Positions 19,456 to 29,445 of a stretch of 64,000 nt of DNA are shown in pieces. The translations under genes and the position numbers were made by a program. Source of the stretch: Sedimentisphaerales bacterium (GTDB taxonomy: Bacteria; Planctomycetota; Phycisphaerae; Sedimentisphaerales; SM23-30); contig CAXXMR010000009.1 of NCBI GenBank assembly GCA_963663805.2, forward strand, positions 224,001-288,000, given 5' to 3'. How positions within the stretch are numbered: position 1 is the stretch's first letter; each line of letters begins with the position of its first letter. Under the pieces are notes generated by a model. It saw only the letters and a list, made by a program, of their open reading frames with translations. It was not told the DNA's origin and did not search any database.

Positions 19456-20904
19456 CAATCCTGTTCGGCACATTTATTGCTTTAGGCTTTTGGCCTCCTG
19501 TATTTTTTTTAAAAAAAACCCGAAATGTTAAGATAGGTAATTTGCGCTCGAGGGATATTTATGCTCTAATAGGAGGCATGAGTGCTAAGCGTCAGAAAAT
19601 CAAGGAGCGGGACCTGCGTGGGTTCAAGTATTTCAAGTCCCTCTCGGCTCTGCTGAAAGGTCTTCACTCGGCGGGATGTGAGCGGGACCGGGCCGGCAAT
19701 CGCACATTATTCATGGACCAGTATGTCAGTCTGCTGCTGTTATACATGTTCAATCCGATCTGCAGTTCCATCCGGTCTTTGCAGCAGGCCGGCGAGCTCA
19801 AAAAAGTACAGCGGCTGTTGGGCTGCTCACGGGCTTCGCTGGGTTCGCTTTCGGAAGCATCCCGGGTTTTTGAGAGTTCTTTGTTAGAGCCGATAATCGC
19901 TCAACTCACTGAGCAGTTAGGGCCGATATCTCAGGACAAAAAACTGGAAGTCGGTCAGGTCATTACCCTGGTGGACGGCAGCAGTATTCAGGCTTTGCAA
20001 AAACTCACTCAGGCTGCCTGGGACACCGACAAACCCGGAATTAAAGCACACACTCAGTTTGATCTGGAAAAATATGTGCCTCTGAAAATAAATATCAGTG
20101 AAGACAAGTCTGATGAGCGAAAGGTTTTTTTAGAGAATCTTCAGCCCGGCCGGATTTATGTCAATGATCGCGGATATGCCTGTTTTAAGCTGTTTCAGGC
20201 CATTGTGGATAGTAAAAGCTCTTTTGTCTGTCGGCTGCGTGAGGATACGGTTTACGAAACTATTCAGGAAAAACCTTTAACTGAAGATGCTCGAAAAGCG
20301 GGGATAATTTTTGATCGTACGGTAATCGCCGGCAGCAGTGAAAAACTGCGGGAAGATTTCAAACAACCGTTACGCCTGATAGCGGTTGAATGTCAACCGC
20401 ATTTGAAACGGGGCCAGGGACCACGTCAGAGTGAGATGATTTTGATTGCCACCGACCGGCTGGACCTGGACGCCGAAGTCATTGCCCTGCTCTATCAGAA
20501 ACGCTGGGCCATCGAAATATTTTTCCGCTTTTTTAAGCATGTGCTGGGCTGCCGACATCTGCTAAGCCTCTGCGAAAACGGTATCGAACTACAGATGTAC
20601 GCCGCGATTATCGCCTGTATGCTGATCAGCCTGTGGACGGGCAAAAAACCAACTTTAAGAACCTACGAAATGCTCTGCTGGCACCTCTGCGGCATGGCCG
20701 ACGAGCAAGAAATGCAGAACCATATCAATAAACTCCAAAGCCAAAACTAAGGCCGATCCTCAAAAAAATCGCCGCTGCCGCTGATGCTGCGCCAAAATAA
20801 CCAGTGCCGACAGTCCCACTGAGGGGTAATCCCCGCTAAATCATATGAACTGCAAAGACCACAGAAAAACTGTATTTGAGCAATAAATGTGCCGAACAGG
20901 ATTG
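19456..20904 (+). mobile_element. IS4-family insertion sequence, 1449 bp, apparently intact
   Basis: Perfect 26-bp TIRs CAATCCTGTTCGGCACATTTATTGCT (19456-19481 and 20879-20904); 9-bp target duplication GAAATTTTC (19447-19455 and 20905-20913). Confidence 0.95.
19578..20750 (+). CDS. IS4-family DDE transposase
   Basis: VDGS, DRGY and YQKRWAIEIFFRFFK (YREK) motifs; AGGAGG RBS before the ATG at 19578; lies between the TIRs. Confidence 0.93.
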   Translation: MSAKRQKIKERDLRGFKYFKSLSALLKGLHSAGCERDRAGNRTLFMDQYVSLLLLYMFNPICSSIRSLQQAGELKKVQRLLGCSRASLGSLSEASRVFESSLLEPIIAQLTEQLGPISQDKKLEVGQVITLVDGSSIQALQKLTQAAWDTDKPGIKAHTQFDLEKYVPLKINISEDKSDERKVFLENLQPGRIYVNDRGYACFKLFQAIVDSKSSFVCRLREDTVYETIQEKPLTEDARKAGIIFDRTVIAGSSEKLREDFKQPLRLIAVECQPHLKRGQGPRQSEMILIATDRLDLDAEVIALLYQKRWAIEIFFRFFKHVLGCRHLLSLCENGIELQMYAAIIACMLISLWTGKKPTLRTYEMLCWHLCGMADEQEMQNHINKLQSQN

Positions 20905-20973
20905 GAAATTTTCCGCAAAAAACGGTCGTCTCAGCCAGATTCGCGCCGAAAATACCCCCTTTTTACCTACCCA

Positions 20974-21606
20974 TCAGGCCCGATTGCGGCGGTGAATTCT
21001 ACCTCTCAGAAGGACCAGCGAACCCACCCCAAGTATCAAAACCACGCTCGGCTCCGGCAAAATAACCTTCAAAAACGCACTATCCAGATAAGCGTCATTA
21101 GTCACCGCCGTCGTCCTAACCCCTTGGAAATTATACTCTAACGAACGAGTCCCCACCGGAATCGCCGCCGTCCCTTCCCGCATAACCCAAGTATTATCCC
21201 CATAATACCAGTCCAGATAAACACTTGTAATACTCTGCCCATTATCGTCTTTGAAGATCAGGCCTATCCGCCCCCCGTCGCTCATATCAACCGCACCCGC
21301 CTGCCATCCACCATAATGCACCAGCAAAGTCTCGGAATTAAGCTCACTAATCGTAAACCCCGCATCCACAAGACTTACCGGCTGATAAAGCACCGTATTC
21401 GCCTGTGCTCCACTATAGTAAAATGACAACCCCTCGTAAGGCCCTGGGTTAGTATTTCGTATCCCACCCCAGTTACTTGTCCATCCATTTAGCCCATCTT
21501 CAAACCCCGAATTCACCAGCAAATTTGTATCAATGAGTGCCCCTTGGCTGTAACTAACAACTAACAATAGACTTAGCAAGCAAAAAAATCCCTGTTTTCT
21601 CAACAT
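20974..21606 (-). CDS. Secreted PEP-CTERM protein with carbohydrate-binding-like domain
   Basis: Signal peptide from MLRKQG; NLLVNSGFE...DAYLDSAFL jelly-roll-type motif; C-terminal LPEPSVVLILGVGSLVLLRGR. Confidence 0.8.
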   Translation of the reverse strand: MLRKQGFFCLLSLLLVVSYSQGALIDTNLLVNSGFEDGLNGWTSNWGGIRNTNPGPYEGLSFYYSGAQANTVLYQPVSLVDAGFTISELNSETLLVHYGGWQAGAVDMSDGGRIGLIFKDDNGQSITSVYLDWYYGDNTWVMREGTAAIPVGTRSLEYNFQGVRTTAVTNDAYLDSAFLKVILPEPSVVLILGVGSLVLLRGRIHRRNRA

Positions 21607-21762
21607 TTTCCACTCCGTTCTTTTAAGCACACATCCTTTTCCTGTTCCGATAACCATATAGTAACCTCATAAATCTCTCTATGCAAGTTATCGACCAATT
21701 TTTCCGGCTTCTCAACTGTTTTTCACTCCCTCAACCCCAACTGGACGATATAAAAGGTTACC

Positions 21763-23211
21763 ATGACGCAAGATAAACAATTTAAATTTCATAATCTGCT
21801 CTTCTTCTTCCTGCTTTCATTGGCCGTTCACCTGACCTATCTCGCCTGGGCCTCATCGGGCTTTTATTTCCATAAACCCGGCCCTGAACTGACCTTAACC
21901 AAAGGTAAAATCTATAACGGCTACGGCCTCGCCGCCGGCCACGGCTATTGCGAATACTACAACGACGCCCAGAACCACATCATCAACCTCGGCCATAAAA
22001 TCGACAGCGGTGAAATCGAAAAAGTCGGCCCAGATTCCGCCAAACCATTGCCATCCCATACCCACTACCCCAATTTCCGCCATCCTCCCGGCACCAGCCT
22101 CCTGGCCTGGGCATTCCATCGTACATTCTCCGGCCCCGCTGACAACTACATCAGGGCCTTCAATATCCTCCTTAACTCATTTGCCGCGGTACTGTTAGCG
22201 AAGATTTGTACCATCCTCAACCGTAAAATCGCGACCCTCACCACCTTGCTCTACATTTTCTGCCTGCCCGTTCTCTACCATACCGCCTACATGGCCAGCT
22301 CCACGGGCAGTTTGCCGTTTTTTCTTATCGCCTCTGTCGCCGCCGTTTTTAAAGGTTTGCAAGCCAATACATTGCGCAGCTTCTTCTGGTTTGCCCTGGC
22401 AGGATTTTCTCTCGGCCTAAGCGGCTATTTTCGCTCCGATTACATTGTGGTGCCGATTTTTATGCTGCCTGGTCTGATTTTGGTGAAGCGTAATGTGTTA
22501 TTTGCCATCTCCCGCACCGCTCTGATGGCAGTCGTTATCGCACTGACACTTTTACCCTGGGCCTACCGCAATCACGAACTTTGCGGTCGGTGGATTTTTA
22601 CTTCCGCTATCGGCCCGGCGGCTTTTTACGCGGGTTTAGGTACTTCGCCTAACCCGTGGAACCTTGTTACCAGCGACCAGAACCTTCACGCCGAAGCACG
22701 AAAAGCAGGCTTCACCCACGCCTGGTCCCCTCTGGCCAGCAACTATTTCAAACAGCGTTTCCGCCAATGCATCAGCGAGCATCCTTCAGCGTGGCTTAAA
22801 TCCATTGTTAGCAAGATTCCCTATGCTCTGGCAACGCCATATTACTGGGGTTTCAACTGGCCTGAGCGTAAGGAAACCTATATGGATTTCAACGCTGAAA
22901 ATTTGGACCGATTCGCTCGCTTTCGCAAGCATCCGCTGGATATGCTCATGAAATTCGCTGACCGGGCGGTTGCGGCGATTCTGGTTTTCGTCAGTTTTAC
23001 CGGGGTAATACTGATTTTTATCCAGAAACCCATTTCCCGTGGTTTACTACTGATTTTTCTGGCCCCGCATATTTGCACTATCGTCATGCACGTCCTGATT
23101 CACTGGGAAAGCCGCTACACGGTCCCCAGCCTGTTTTGCTGGAATTTGGGGTTGGCCTGGCTAATATACCTGATTTCTGCTCGCAAACGCAAAATCGCTG
23201 GAATCACATGA
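21763..23211 (+). CDS. Polytopic membrane glycosyltransferase (GT-C/ArnT/PMT-like)
   Basis: Many TM helices; FRHPPG, LPWAYRNH and ESRYTVP motifs typical of GT-C proteins. Confidence 0.7.
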   Translation: MTQDKQFKFHNLLFFFLLSLAVHLTYLAWASSGFYFHKPGPELTLTKGKIYNGYGLAAGHGYCEYYNDAQNHIINLGHKIDSGEIEKVGPDSAKPLPSHTHYPNFRHPPGTSLLAWAFHRTFSGPADNYIRAFNILLNSFAAVLLAKICTILNRKIATLTTLLYIFCLPVLYHTAYMASSTGSLPFFLIASVAAVFKGLQANTLRSFFWFALAGFSLGLSGYFRSDYIVVPIFMLPGLILVKRNVLFAISRTALMAVVIALTLLPWAYRNHELCGRWIFTSAIGPAAFYAGLGTSPNPWNLVTSDQNLHAEARKAGFTHAWSPLASNYFKQRFRQCISEHPSAWLKSIVSKIPYALATPYYWGFNWPERKETYMDFNAENLDRFARFRKHPLDMLMKFADRAVAAILVFVSFTGVILIFIQKPISRGLLLIFLAPHICTIVMHVLIHWESRYTVPSLFCWNLGLAWLIYLISARKRKIAGIT

Positions 23212-23259
23212 TTCTGATAGTTTTGCAAGTTCTCACGCTCGAATACCGATTTACCACAT

Positions 23260-24084
23260 ATGAACGATAACACAGAATTCAGCGTTGACCAATACCAGCT
23301 TGCTTATCCGGACGGTATTGAGAAAAACTGGTGGCATCAAGCCCGCAACGCCATAGTTTTGAGCGAGCTGAAAAAAATTGTAACGCCCCGTTCGACAATC
23401 CTTGACGTAGGCTGTGGTCGTGGTATCGCAGTCAAAGCCCTCTGCCAAAACGGTCTTAATTGCCGCGGAGTCGAACTGGCCCAGACCAGCCCCCTGTCCG
23501 GCATAGAGTCGGACATCAGGTTCGGCACCAGTGCTTCCGATTTGCCCATGTATTACCGTCGCCAGATAGATATTATTCTGTTGCTGGATGTAATAGAGCA
23601 TATCCCCGATTCGACAAATTTTCTACGCAGTCTGGTAGATGATTTTCCCCGCCTCCAGCACCTGATTATCACTGTGCCTTCCCGCAGCGAACTCTGGTCC
23701 AACTACGACGAGTTTTACGGCCATGTCGAAAGATACGATAGCGAAATGATGCAGGATATGGCAGAGCAAATTCAGTGGAGAATATCTCGTCAGAGTTATT
23801 TATTTCGGCCTTTATACGTGCCCCTGCGTATGCTCAGTACTTTGAAGATAAAACGCAATACCAAACTGAAAGCTTCTTCGCCCTTAACGGCCTTCGCCAA
23901 CCCGTTGATTGCCGCCCTGATGCGGATGGATTATCGTTTCCTGCCCAATTGGCTGCCCGGTTCGAGCCTGCTGGCGCAATTGACCCCTACGCCTGAATAT
24001 CTCCGCCTCCGTCGCCTGAACGTCAAGCCAGTTTTGGTTTCTACTGAATTACAGAACGCCGTTCCCGAAGAAGTATCCGCCTGA
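23260..24084 (+). CDS. Class I SAM-dependent methyltransferase
   Basis: NWWHQARN, ILDVGCGRG, LDVIEHI and WSNYDEFYGHVERY motifs. Confidence 0.9.
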   Translation: MNDNTEFSVDQYQLAYPDGIEKNWWHQARNAIVLSELKKIVTPRSTILDVGCGRGIAVKALCQNGLNCRGVELAQTSPLSGIESDIRFGTSASDLPMYYRRQIDIILLLDVIEHIPDSTNFLRSLVDDFPRLQHLIITVPSRSELWSNYDEFYGHVERYDSEMMQDMAEQIQWRISRQSYLFRPLYVPLRMLSTLKIKRNTKLKASSPLTAFANPLIAALMRMDYRFLPNWLPGSSLLAQLTPTPEYLRLRRLNVKPVLVSTELQNAVPEEVSA

Positions 24085-24101
24085 CCATAGCGGTAGGGGG
24101 G

Positions 24102-25671
24102 CTAGGCGTTTTGAAGGACAGTTTCTTCCTGATTGTTAGTGTTCGCCGATGCGCTACCCACATTTTCCATCCATTGTTCCACTAGTTTCGGCATTTGCTT
24201 TTCTTTCTCCAGCACCATAACCGTGTTCCAGCAGAAGCGGCTGAACCAGGGGACGTACTTCATGATTTTTTCGTCCAGTCGTGCCAGCCGGGTGTATTTT
24301 GATTCCAGCCGCTTAGCGTCTTTAATCACTTTTTTCCAGTAGCGTTCCTTACGCGGGCTCACATGCTCGACCAGGAAAAAACGCAGGAACAGCCACTGGC
24401 TTGTCAGCCAGAACTCACGATGGCTTACTTTGGAAAAAATCTTTCGCAGCATTCCGAAATCGCCAAACTTAAACGGTTGTTCGTTTTTCGTCCGCACCGT
24501 ATTGGCAATCACTCTATAAAACGAAATTACGGGATTATAGCATAGCGGCTCGATAAATACCGCTTTGCCGCCCGGCTTCAGCACCCGATGAATTTCCTGA
24601 TAGGCATGTCGCCGATTAAGGTGATGCAAAACCCCGTTACCGAAAATATAATCGAAATGATTGTCCGGCAAGTCCATGTCTTCCACAATCATCGTGCGTG
24701 CGTCAATTTCCACACCGTTTCGCTGAGCCAGTCGTTTAGCGACTTCTATCATCTCTTTGGAAATGTCCAGCGACGTGACCTGCGCACCCAGCTTTGCAAA
24801 ATAAACCGAAGTCTCACCCGCGCCGCAGCCGATGTCCAGCACACGCTGTCCCTTGATGTCGCCCATCACTTCCAGAGCGTACCGATTCTCCGGCGCCGTC
24901 ACCGCCTCGAAATTCTCTTCAATCATCAATTCCGAAATATCAATCCCCGACGCCCAGCTGTCATGGAATTCAGATTCATTCTGCTGCCAGCTCTGGTCCT
25001 TGGCGATCTGATGTTTCAGTCGAAACAGGCTTGTCAGGTTCCGCCAGACATCCCGCCCCCCGAAGCTCTGAGTTGGATTATGCATCGGATAATATTTCAC
25101 TACCGGAATTTCCGCGATTTTCAGGCCATGCGCCCACGCTTTGGTCACCAGTTCCGTATGAATGAGAGTGTTATCACCTTCGAAATAACTTATATCACTG
25201 AGCTTGTTCCGTCGAAAAGCCTTCCACGGACAGTTTATGTCGCTGATGTGCAGCTTGAACAGTCCCCGGGTCAGTTTGTGCCAGCCCCACCGATAAGCCG
25301 CCATACGCAGATGATGGTCATGTCGCAGCCGACTGCCCAGTACCATATCATACTGGCCCAGCCCCTCCAGCAGATGCATTGCCGAACTTGCCGGCGGAAT
25401 TTCCGGGGTACTCATCAGGAAAATGTTGTCATAGGCCGCCCGTTTCAAACAATCCCGCACCGCACCCGGCACAAAACTGCTTACCGTACGCTGAATATTA
25501 AAAAACCGGGTATGGGCGTATTCATCCTGTCCCTGTGTCCCTTCGCAATCGCCATAAACCAGAATCTCATATTGCAGAGACATCTTCTCCGCCAGCTTCT
25601 GAAATACCCCGATAACTTCCCGCACCGGTCCCCTGATAGTCATTACAGATTACAAATGATACCGATTTCAT
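24102..25671 (-). CDS. GT2-like glycosyltransferase fused to SAM methyltransferase; apparent +1 frameshift near the 5' end (ORF-track start 25643)
   Basis: GT2-like ISDINCPWKAFRR and IAEIPV; MTase VLDIGCGAG and GVLHHL. An upstream ATG at 25671 encodes MKSVSFVI, one base out of frame. Confidence 0.75.
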
Positions 25672-25780
25672 AATTACCGGGGCCTTTCCCAAAAACCAGG
25701 TTTATCCACTGTAATTATGATCGGCAGAACCCCCCGTCCCTTTGCAATAATTGACCTGTAACCGGATGAAATGATGAAAT

Positions 25781-26836
25781 TTACCGTACAATATACAAAT
25801 CGAACCCGCTGGATTTATGATATTCGGGCTTATCAGCAGTGCCCCCAATCATAAACGCCTCCACGGAGTCCATGCTTTCGACCAGTTTGAGCCCATCCTC
25901 GGCTGTCATTACCGAAAGTGCCGTCGCTAGCGCATCGGCATCCTGTGTGTTCGTCGCTATTACCGTCACGCTTGGCATGGCGTCGGTAGGGCGGCCCGTT
26001 CGCGGGTCGATGATATGGCTGAAATGCCGCCCCGCGATTTCCACAAACTGCCGGTAATTCCCGCTGGTCGCTACCGAACCTTCGCTTATGGCCAGCTTCC
26101 ACGCTACCGAGGTATTAAGCTCCTCATCAGAAACCGCGAAGGGGTTCTGAATCCCCAGTTTCCAAATATCCCGTTTTTCCGGCTGACCAAACACCGCGAT
26201 TTCCCCGCCGATGTCCACCAGGCCGCCCGCGGCTCCGACCTGTCGCACTGCCGCCAATGCCTCATCAACCGCATAGCCCTTGGCGATAGCGTCAACCTTG
26301 ATTTCCATCCCCTCAACCGCGAACCGCACCTTAAAGCCGTTTTCGCTGTTCAGAATAAGCTTATCCGACCCTACCTTTATCAGTGTTTCCTTTACCTTTT
26401 TCTCGCTCGGTAATTCATTTTTCTGGCCCGTTTCCTTCCACAAATGCACCAGCGGCCCGACCGTTATATCGAACGCTCCTTCCGTCATTTCGTAAAATTC
26501 CACCGCTCGCTCCAGCAGCTTGTAGGTCTCCTCCGAAACCGCCACCTCCTCTACCGCCGCCTTGCGATTAACCGTCGCCAGCTCCGAATCCTCGATATAC
26601 GTACTAAGCCGCTGATTGACCTCATTCAGTGCCGAAAAGGCCGCCTCAACCGCTCGCTCAGCCGTCGCCTCGTCCGTCGCCACCGCCTTGACGCGGGCAT
26701 AAGTACCCATCATCAGGACCATGCCGCTGTCAACACTAACCAACCCTGTCTCCTCATTATTGCCGGAATGCCGCAGGTACCGCATGATTCCGAATGTCAC
26801 GCAAAAAATTATCATTACAGCTATAAGCTTCTTCAT
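25781..26836 (-). CDS. apbE: FAD:protein FMN transferase
   Basis: MGT, FDITVGPL, DAIAKGY, VATSGNY, HIIDPRTG and ADALATA motifs. Confidence 0.95.
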   Translation of the reverse strand: MKKLIAVMIIFCVTFGIMRYLRHSGNNEETGLVSVDSGMVLMMGTYARVKAVATDEATAERAVEAAFSALNEVNQRLSTYIEDSELATVNRKAAVEEVAVSEETYKLLERAVEFYEMTEGAFDITVGPLVHLWKETGQKNELPSEKKVKETLIKVGSDKLILNSENGFKVRFAVEGMEIKVDAIAKGYAVDEALAAVRQVGAAGGLVDIGGEIAVFGQPEKRDIWKLGIQNPFAVSDEELNTSVAWKLAISEGSVATSGNYRQFVEIAGRHFSHIIDPRTGRPTDAMPSVTVIATNTQDADALATALSVMTAEDGLKLVESMDSVEAFMIGGTADKPEYHKSSGFDLYIVR

Positions 26837-27112
26837 TATAAAGCCTTACATAATTATCTCTGTTTCGTTTCTTCGTCTGTTCTTATCACAAATAACCGGA
26901 AATTTTGCAGATTACAATCCAATTTGTATTTTGCAATTTCCGTTTTTTGCTCTGGATACGAACCCGAAACTCAAAAAAATCCCTTGCTAAGAACCCCAAT
27001 TCCGTTATATACTTAAAAGTCTTATAGTGACGTACGCTTAAGTCCTTTATTTGCAAAGGGTAACCGAGGTAAATCACAATCTGAGTCAAACGAGAAGTAT
27101 CTGGAGAATTAC

Positions 27113-29161
27113 ATGGCAAACTACAAAATTGAGGATATTCGCAACATCGTTCTGCTCGGCCACGCCGGTGCCGGCAAAACCACCCTCGCTGAGGCAATGC
27201 TGCACACCAGTGGTGCGACCAATCGCCTGGGAAGTGTAGATGATAAAAGTAGTATTTTTGATTCCGATGACGAGGAACACGAAAGAGGCCACAGCATTGA
27301 TTCCGGCGTAGGCCATGTCAAACATAAAGGTAAGATTATAAACGTTATCGACACGCCCGGTTACCCTGATTTCACCGGTGCCGCCCTGGCTGCCCTGATG
27401 GGTGCCGAAACCGCGGTTGTGGTCATCTCCGCCGCCGCTGGTATCCAGATGAACACGCGTAAGATGCTCCAGGTTACCCGCGACCGCGGCATGGCCCTGG
27501 CAATTGTCGTAAATAAAATTGACAGCAGCATGGACGAAGTGCCCGCCCTCATGGAAGCTATTCAGGAATCATTCGGTATGGAATGCCGCTGTGTCAATCT
27601 TGCTGGTGCTGACGGCAAGTCCGTTATCGACTGTCTCAATCAGGACAGCGGCGATGGTGCTTATACCGATGTCGCCGAAGCCCACACCAATCTGCTCGAA
27701 ACGGTTATCGAAGCTGACGAAGAACTTATGGAAGCCTATCTCGGTGGTGAAGAAGTGTCGCCTGAAAAAGTAGCTTCTACTTTCGGCAAAGCTCTCATTG
27801 CTCAAACCGTAATCCCTGTATTCTTCACCAGTGCCCGCAACGAGCTGGGGGTCAGGGAACTGCTCGACATAATCGCCGATACCTGCCCCAGCCCCGTTAC
27901 TGGTGTCAAAGCTATGCTTGTTAGCGGCGAAGGTGAAGAGCAGGCCGAAGAAGAAATTAAACCCGATGCCTCCGGTCCTGTTCTCGGTCTGGTAATTCGT
28001 GTTTCTGCCGACCCCAAGAGTCATATCAAATACAGTACTGTACGTCTTTTCAGCGGCACGATAAAGAGCGACACCACCGTCAACGTTGCCGATGCAAAAA
28101 AGGGCATGCGTTGCGGCCATGTCAACAAACTTCAGGGTGACCAGCTCGAACAGATTGACGATGGCGTAGCCGGCGATATCGTCACGCTCGCCAAGCTCGA
28201 CGACCTACGCATCCTCAACACCGTTTATGCCGGCAATGATCCCGGCAAGGTCAAGACCGTGCCGGTACCGGTGCCCATGTTCAGCCTCGCTGTCGAAGCC
28301 AAGAGCCGCGGCGACGAAACCAAAATTTCCGCGGCGCTCCACGAGTTCTGCGATTCCGACCCGACCTTCACGGTCGTTCAGGACCGCCAGACCCACGAAA
28401 TGGTGATGAGCGGTATCGGCGAACTGCACACCCGCGTTATTCTCGCTCGTATGCAGGGCCGACGTGGTATCGAAGTGACGACCAAGCCGCCCACAATTCC
28501 TTATCGCGAAACCATTATTGGTTCTGCCAAAATGGTTGAATATACGCACAAGAAACAGTCTGGCGGTGCAGGTCAGTTCGGTCGCGTATTTATCGACCTG
28601 GAGCCCAATGAATCTGGCGCCGGGTATGAATTTGTCGACAAAATTTTCGGCGGTTCGATCGACCAGCCCTTCCGGCCCAGTGTTGACAAAGGCTGCCAGG
28701 CCGCCATGCACGAAGGCGTATTGGCTGGCTTCCCCGTCGTGGACGTTAAGGTTTCACTGGTCGATGGCAAGACTCACCCGGTGGACAGTAAGGATATCGC
28801 CTTCCAAATCGCCGGACGTGAAGCTTTCCGCAAAGCGTTCATGCAGTGCAAACCCGTATTGCTCGAGCCCATCGTCAATCTCGAAGTCACCGTGCCTTCC
28901 GAGAATGTAGGTGATATTACCGGCGACCTGGCTGGTCGTCGCGGCCGAGTACAGGGCCAGGATGTTCTGCCCGGCGGCATGACCGTTATCAAGGCCCAGG
29001 TGCCGCTCAGTGAAATCCAGCAGTATAACTCCCAGCTCAAGAGCGTAACCGGTGGACAGGGCAGCTACTCTATGGAATACAGCCATTACGAACCAGCTCC
29101 CCCGAACGTTATCCAGGCCGTCGTCGCCAAGGTTAAGGCCGCCAAAGAGGAAGATAACTAA
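27113..29161 (+). CDS. fusA: Elongation factor G-like protein (EF-G2/FusA paralog)
   Basis: GHAGAGKTT, DTPGYPDF, NKID, KKQSGGAGQFG, HPVDS and LLEPI. Switch I is divergent (ERGHSI) and the gene is outside an str operon, so it is a paralog. Confidence 0.9.
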   Translation: MANYKIEDIRNIVLLGHAGAGKTTLAEAMLHTSGATNRLGSVDDKSSIFDSDDEEHERGHSIDSGVGHVKHKGKIINVIDTPGYPDFTGAALAALMGAETAVVVISAAAGIQMNTRKMLQVTRDRGMALAIVVNKIDSSMDEVPALMEAIQESFGMECRCVNLAGADGKSVIDCLNQDSGDGAYTDVAEAHTNLLETVIEADEELMEAYLGGEEVSPEKVASTFGKALIAQTVIPVFFTSARNELGVRELLDIIADTCPSPVTGVKAMLVSGEGEEQAEEEIKPDASGPVLGLVIRVSADPKSHIKYSTVRLFSGTIKSDTTVNVADAKKGMRCGHVNKLQGDQLEQIDDGVAGDIVTLAKLDDLRILNTVYAGNDPGKVKTVPVPVPMFSLAVEAKSRGDETKISAALHEFCDSDPTFTVVQDRQTHEMVMSGIGELHTRVILARMQGRRGIEVTTKPPTIPYRETIIGSAKMVEYTHKKQSGGAGQFGRVFIDLEPNESGAGYEFVDKIFGGSIDQPFRPSVDKGCQAAMHEGVLAGFPVVDVKVSLVDGKTHPVDSKDIAFQIAGREAFRKAFMQCKPVLLEPIVNLEVTVPSENVGDITGDLAGRRGRVQGQDVLPGGMTVIKAQVPLSEIQQYNSQLKSVTGGQGSYSMEYSHYEPAPPNVIQAVVAKVKAAKEEDN

Positions 29162-29195
29162 CCTCTTTTGGCTTCAGAACTTTTGTATTATTAAT

Positions 29196-29234
29196 AAAAA
29201 AAACCGGCTGCTTTTCGGGGCAGTCGGTTTTTTT
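29196..29234. terminator. Bidirectional intrinsic terminator
   Basis: A8-CCGGCTGCT-TTTC-GGGGCAGTCGG-T7 between the convergent fusA and symporter genes. Confidence 0.85.
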
Positions 29235-29284
29235 GTTATCTCAATTCCAGAGTGGTTTTGCGTACTTGCCAAGACGAAGAAGGG

Positions 29285-29334
29285 GAACGGCAGGCAGAAG
29301 GCGGAAGTGAACGGCCCGGTGCTGCCTTTGGCAG
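29285..29334 (-). repeat. Further copy of the REP-like family
   Basis: Reverse strand reads CTGCC-AAA-GGCAG-CACCGG-GCCGTTCAC-TTCCGCC-TTCTGCC, the same layout as units 2/3 at 19264-19346. Confidence 0.6.
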
Positions 29335-29445
29335 ATTCATTTATGGACTGGCCTTGTTACCTCACGGTTTTGGTCACCCCAATAATCCGTTTAAACAATA
29401 AACAAAAGGTTCATTTCAACCCTGATGCTCCATTTTTTGTTAGTA

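Noticed and set aside
19503..19518. T8A8 palindrome as a phase-variable tract
   Set aside because: It lies in the non-coding left end of the IS, with no evidence that it affects a host gene.
27113..29161. TetM/TetO ribosomal protection protein
   Set aside because: Retains EF-G domain IV motifs (KKQSGGAGQFG, HPVDS); an ordinary EF-G paralog.
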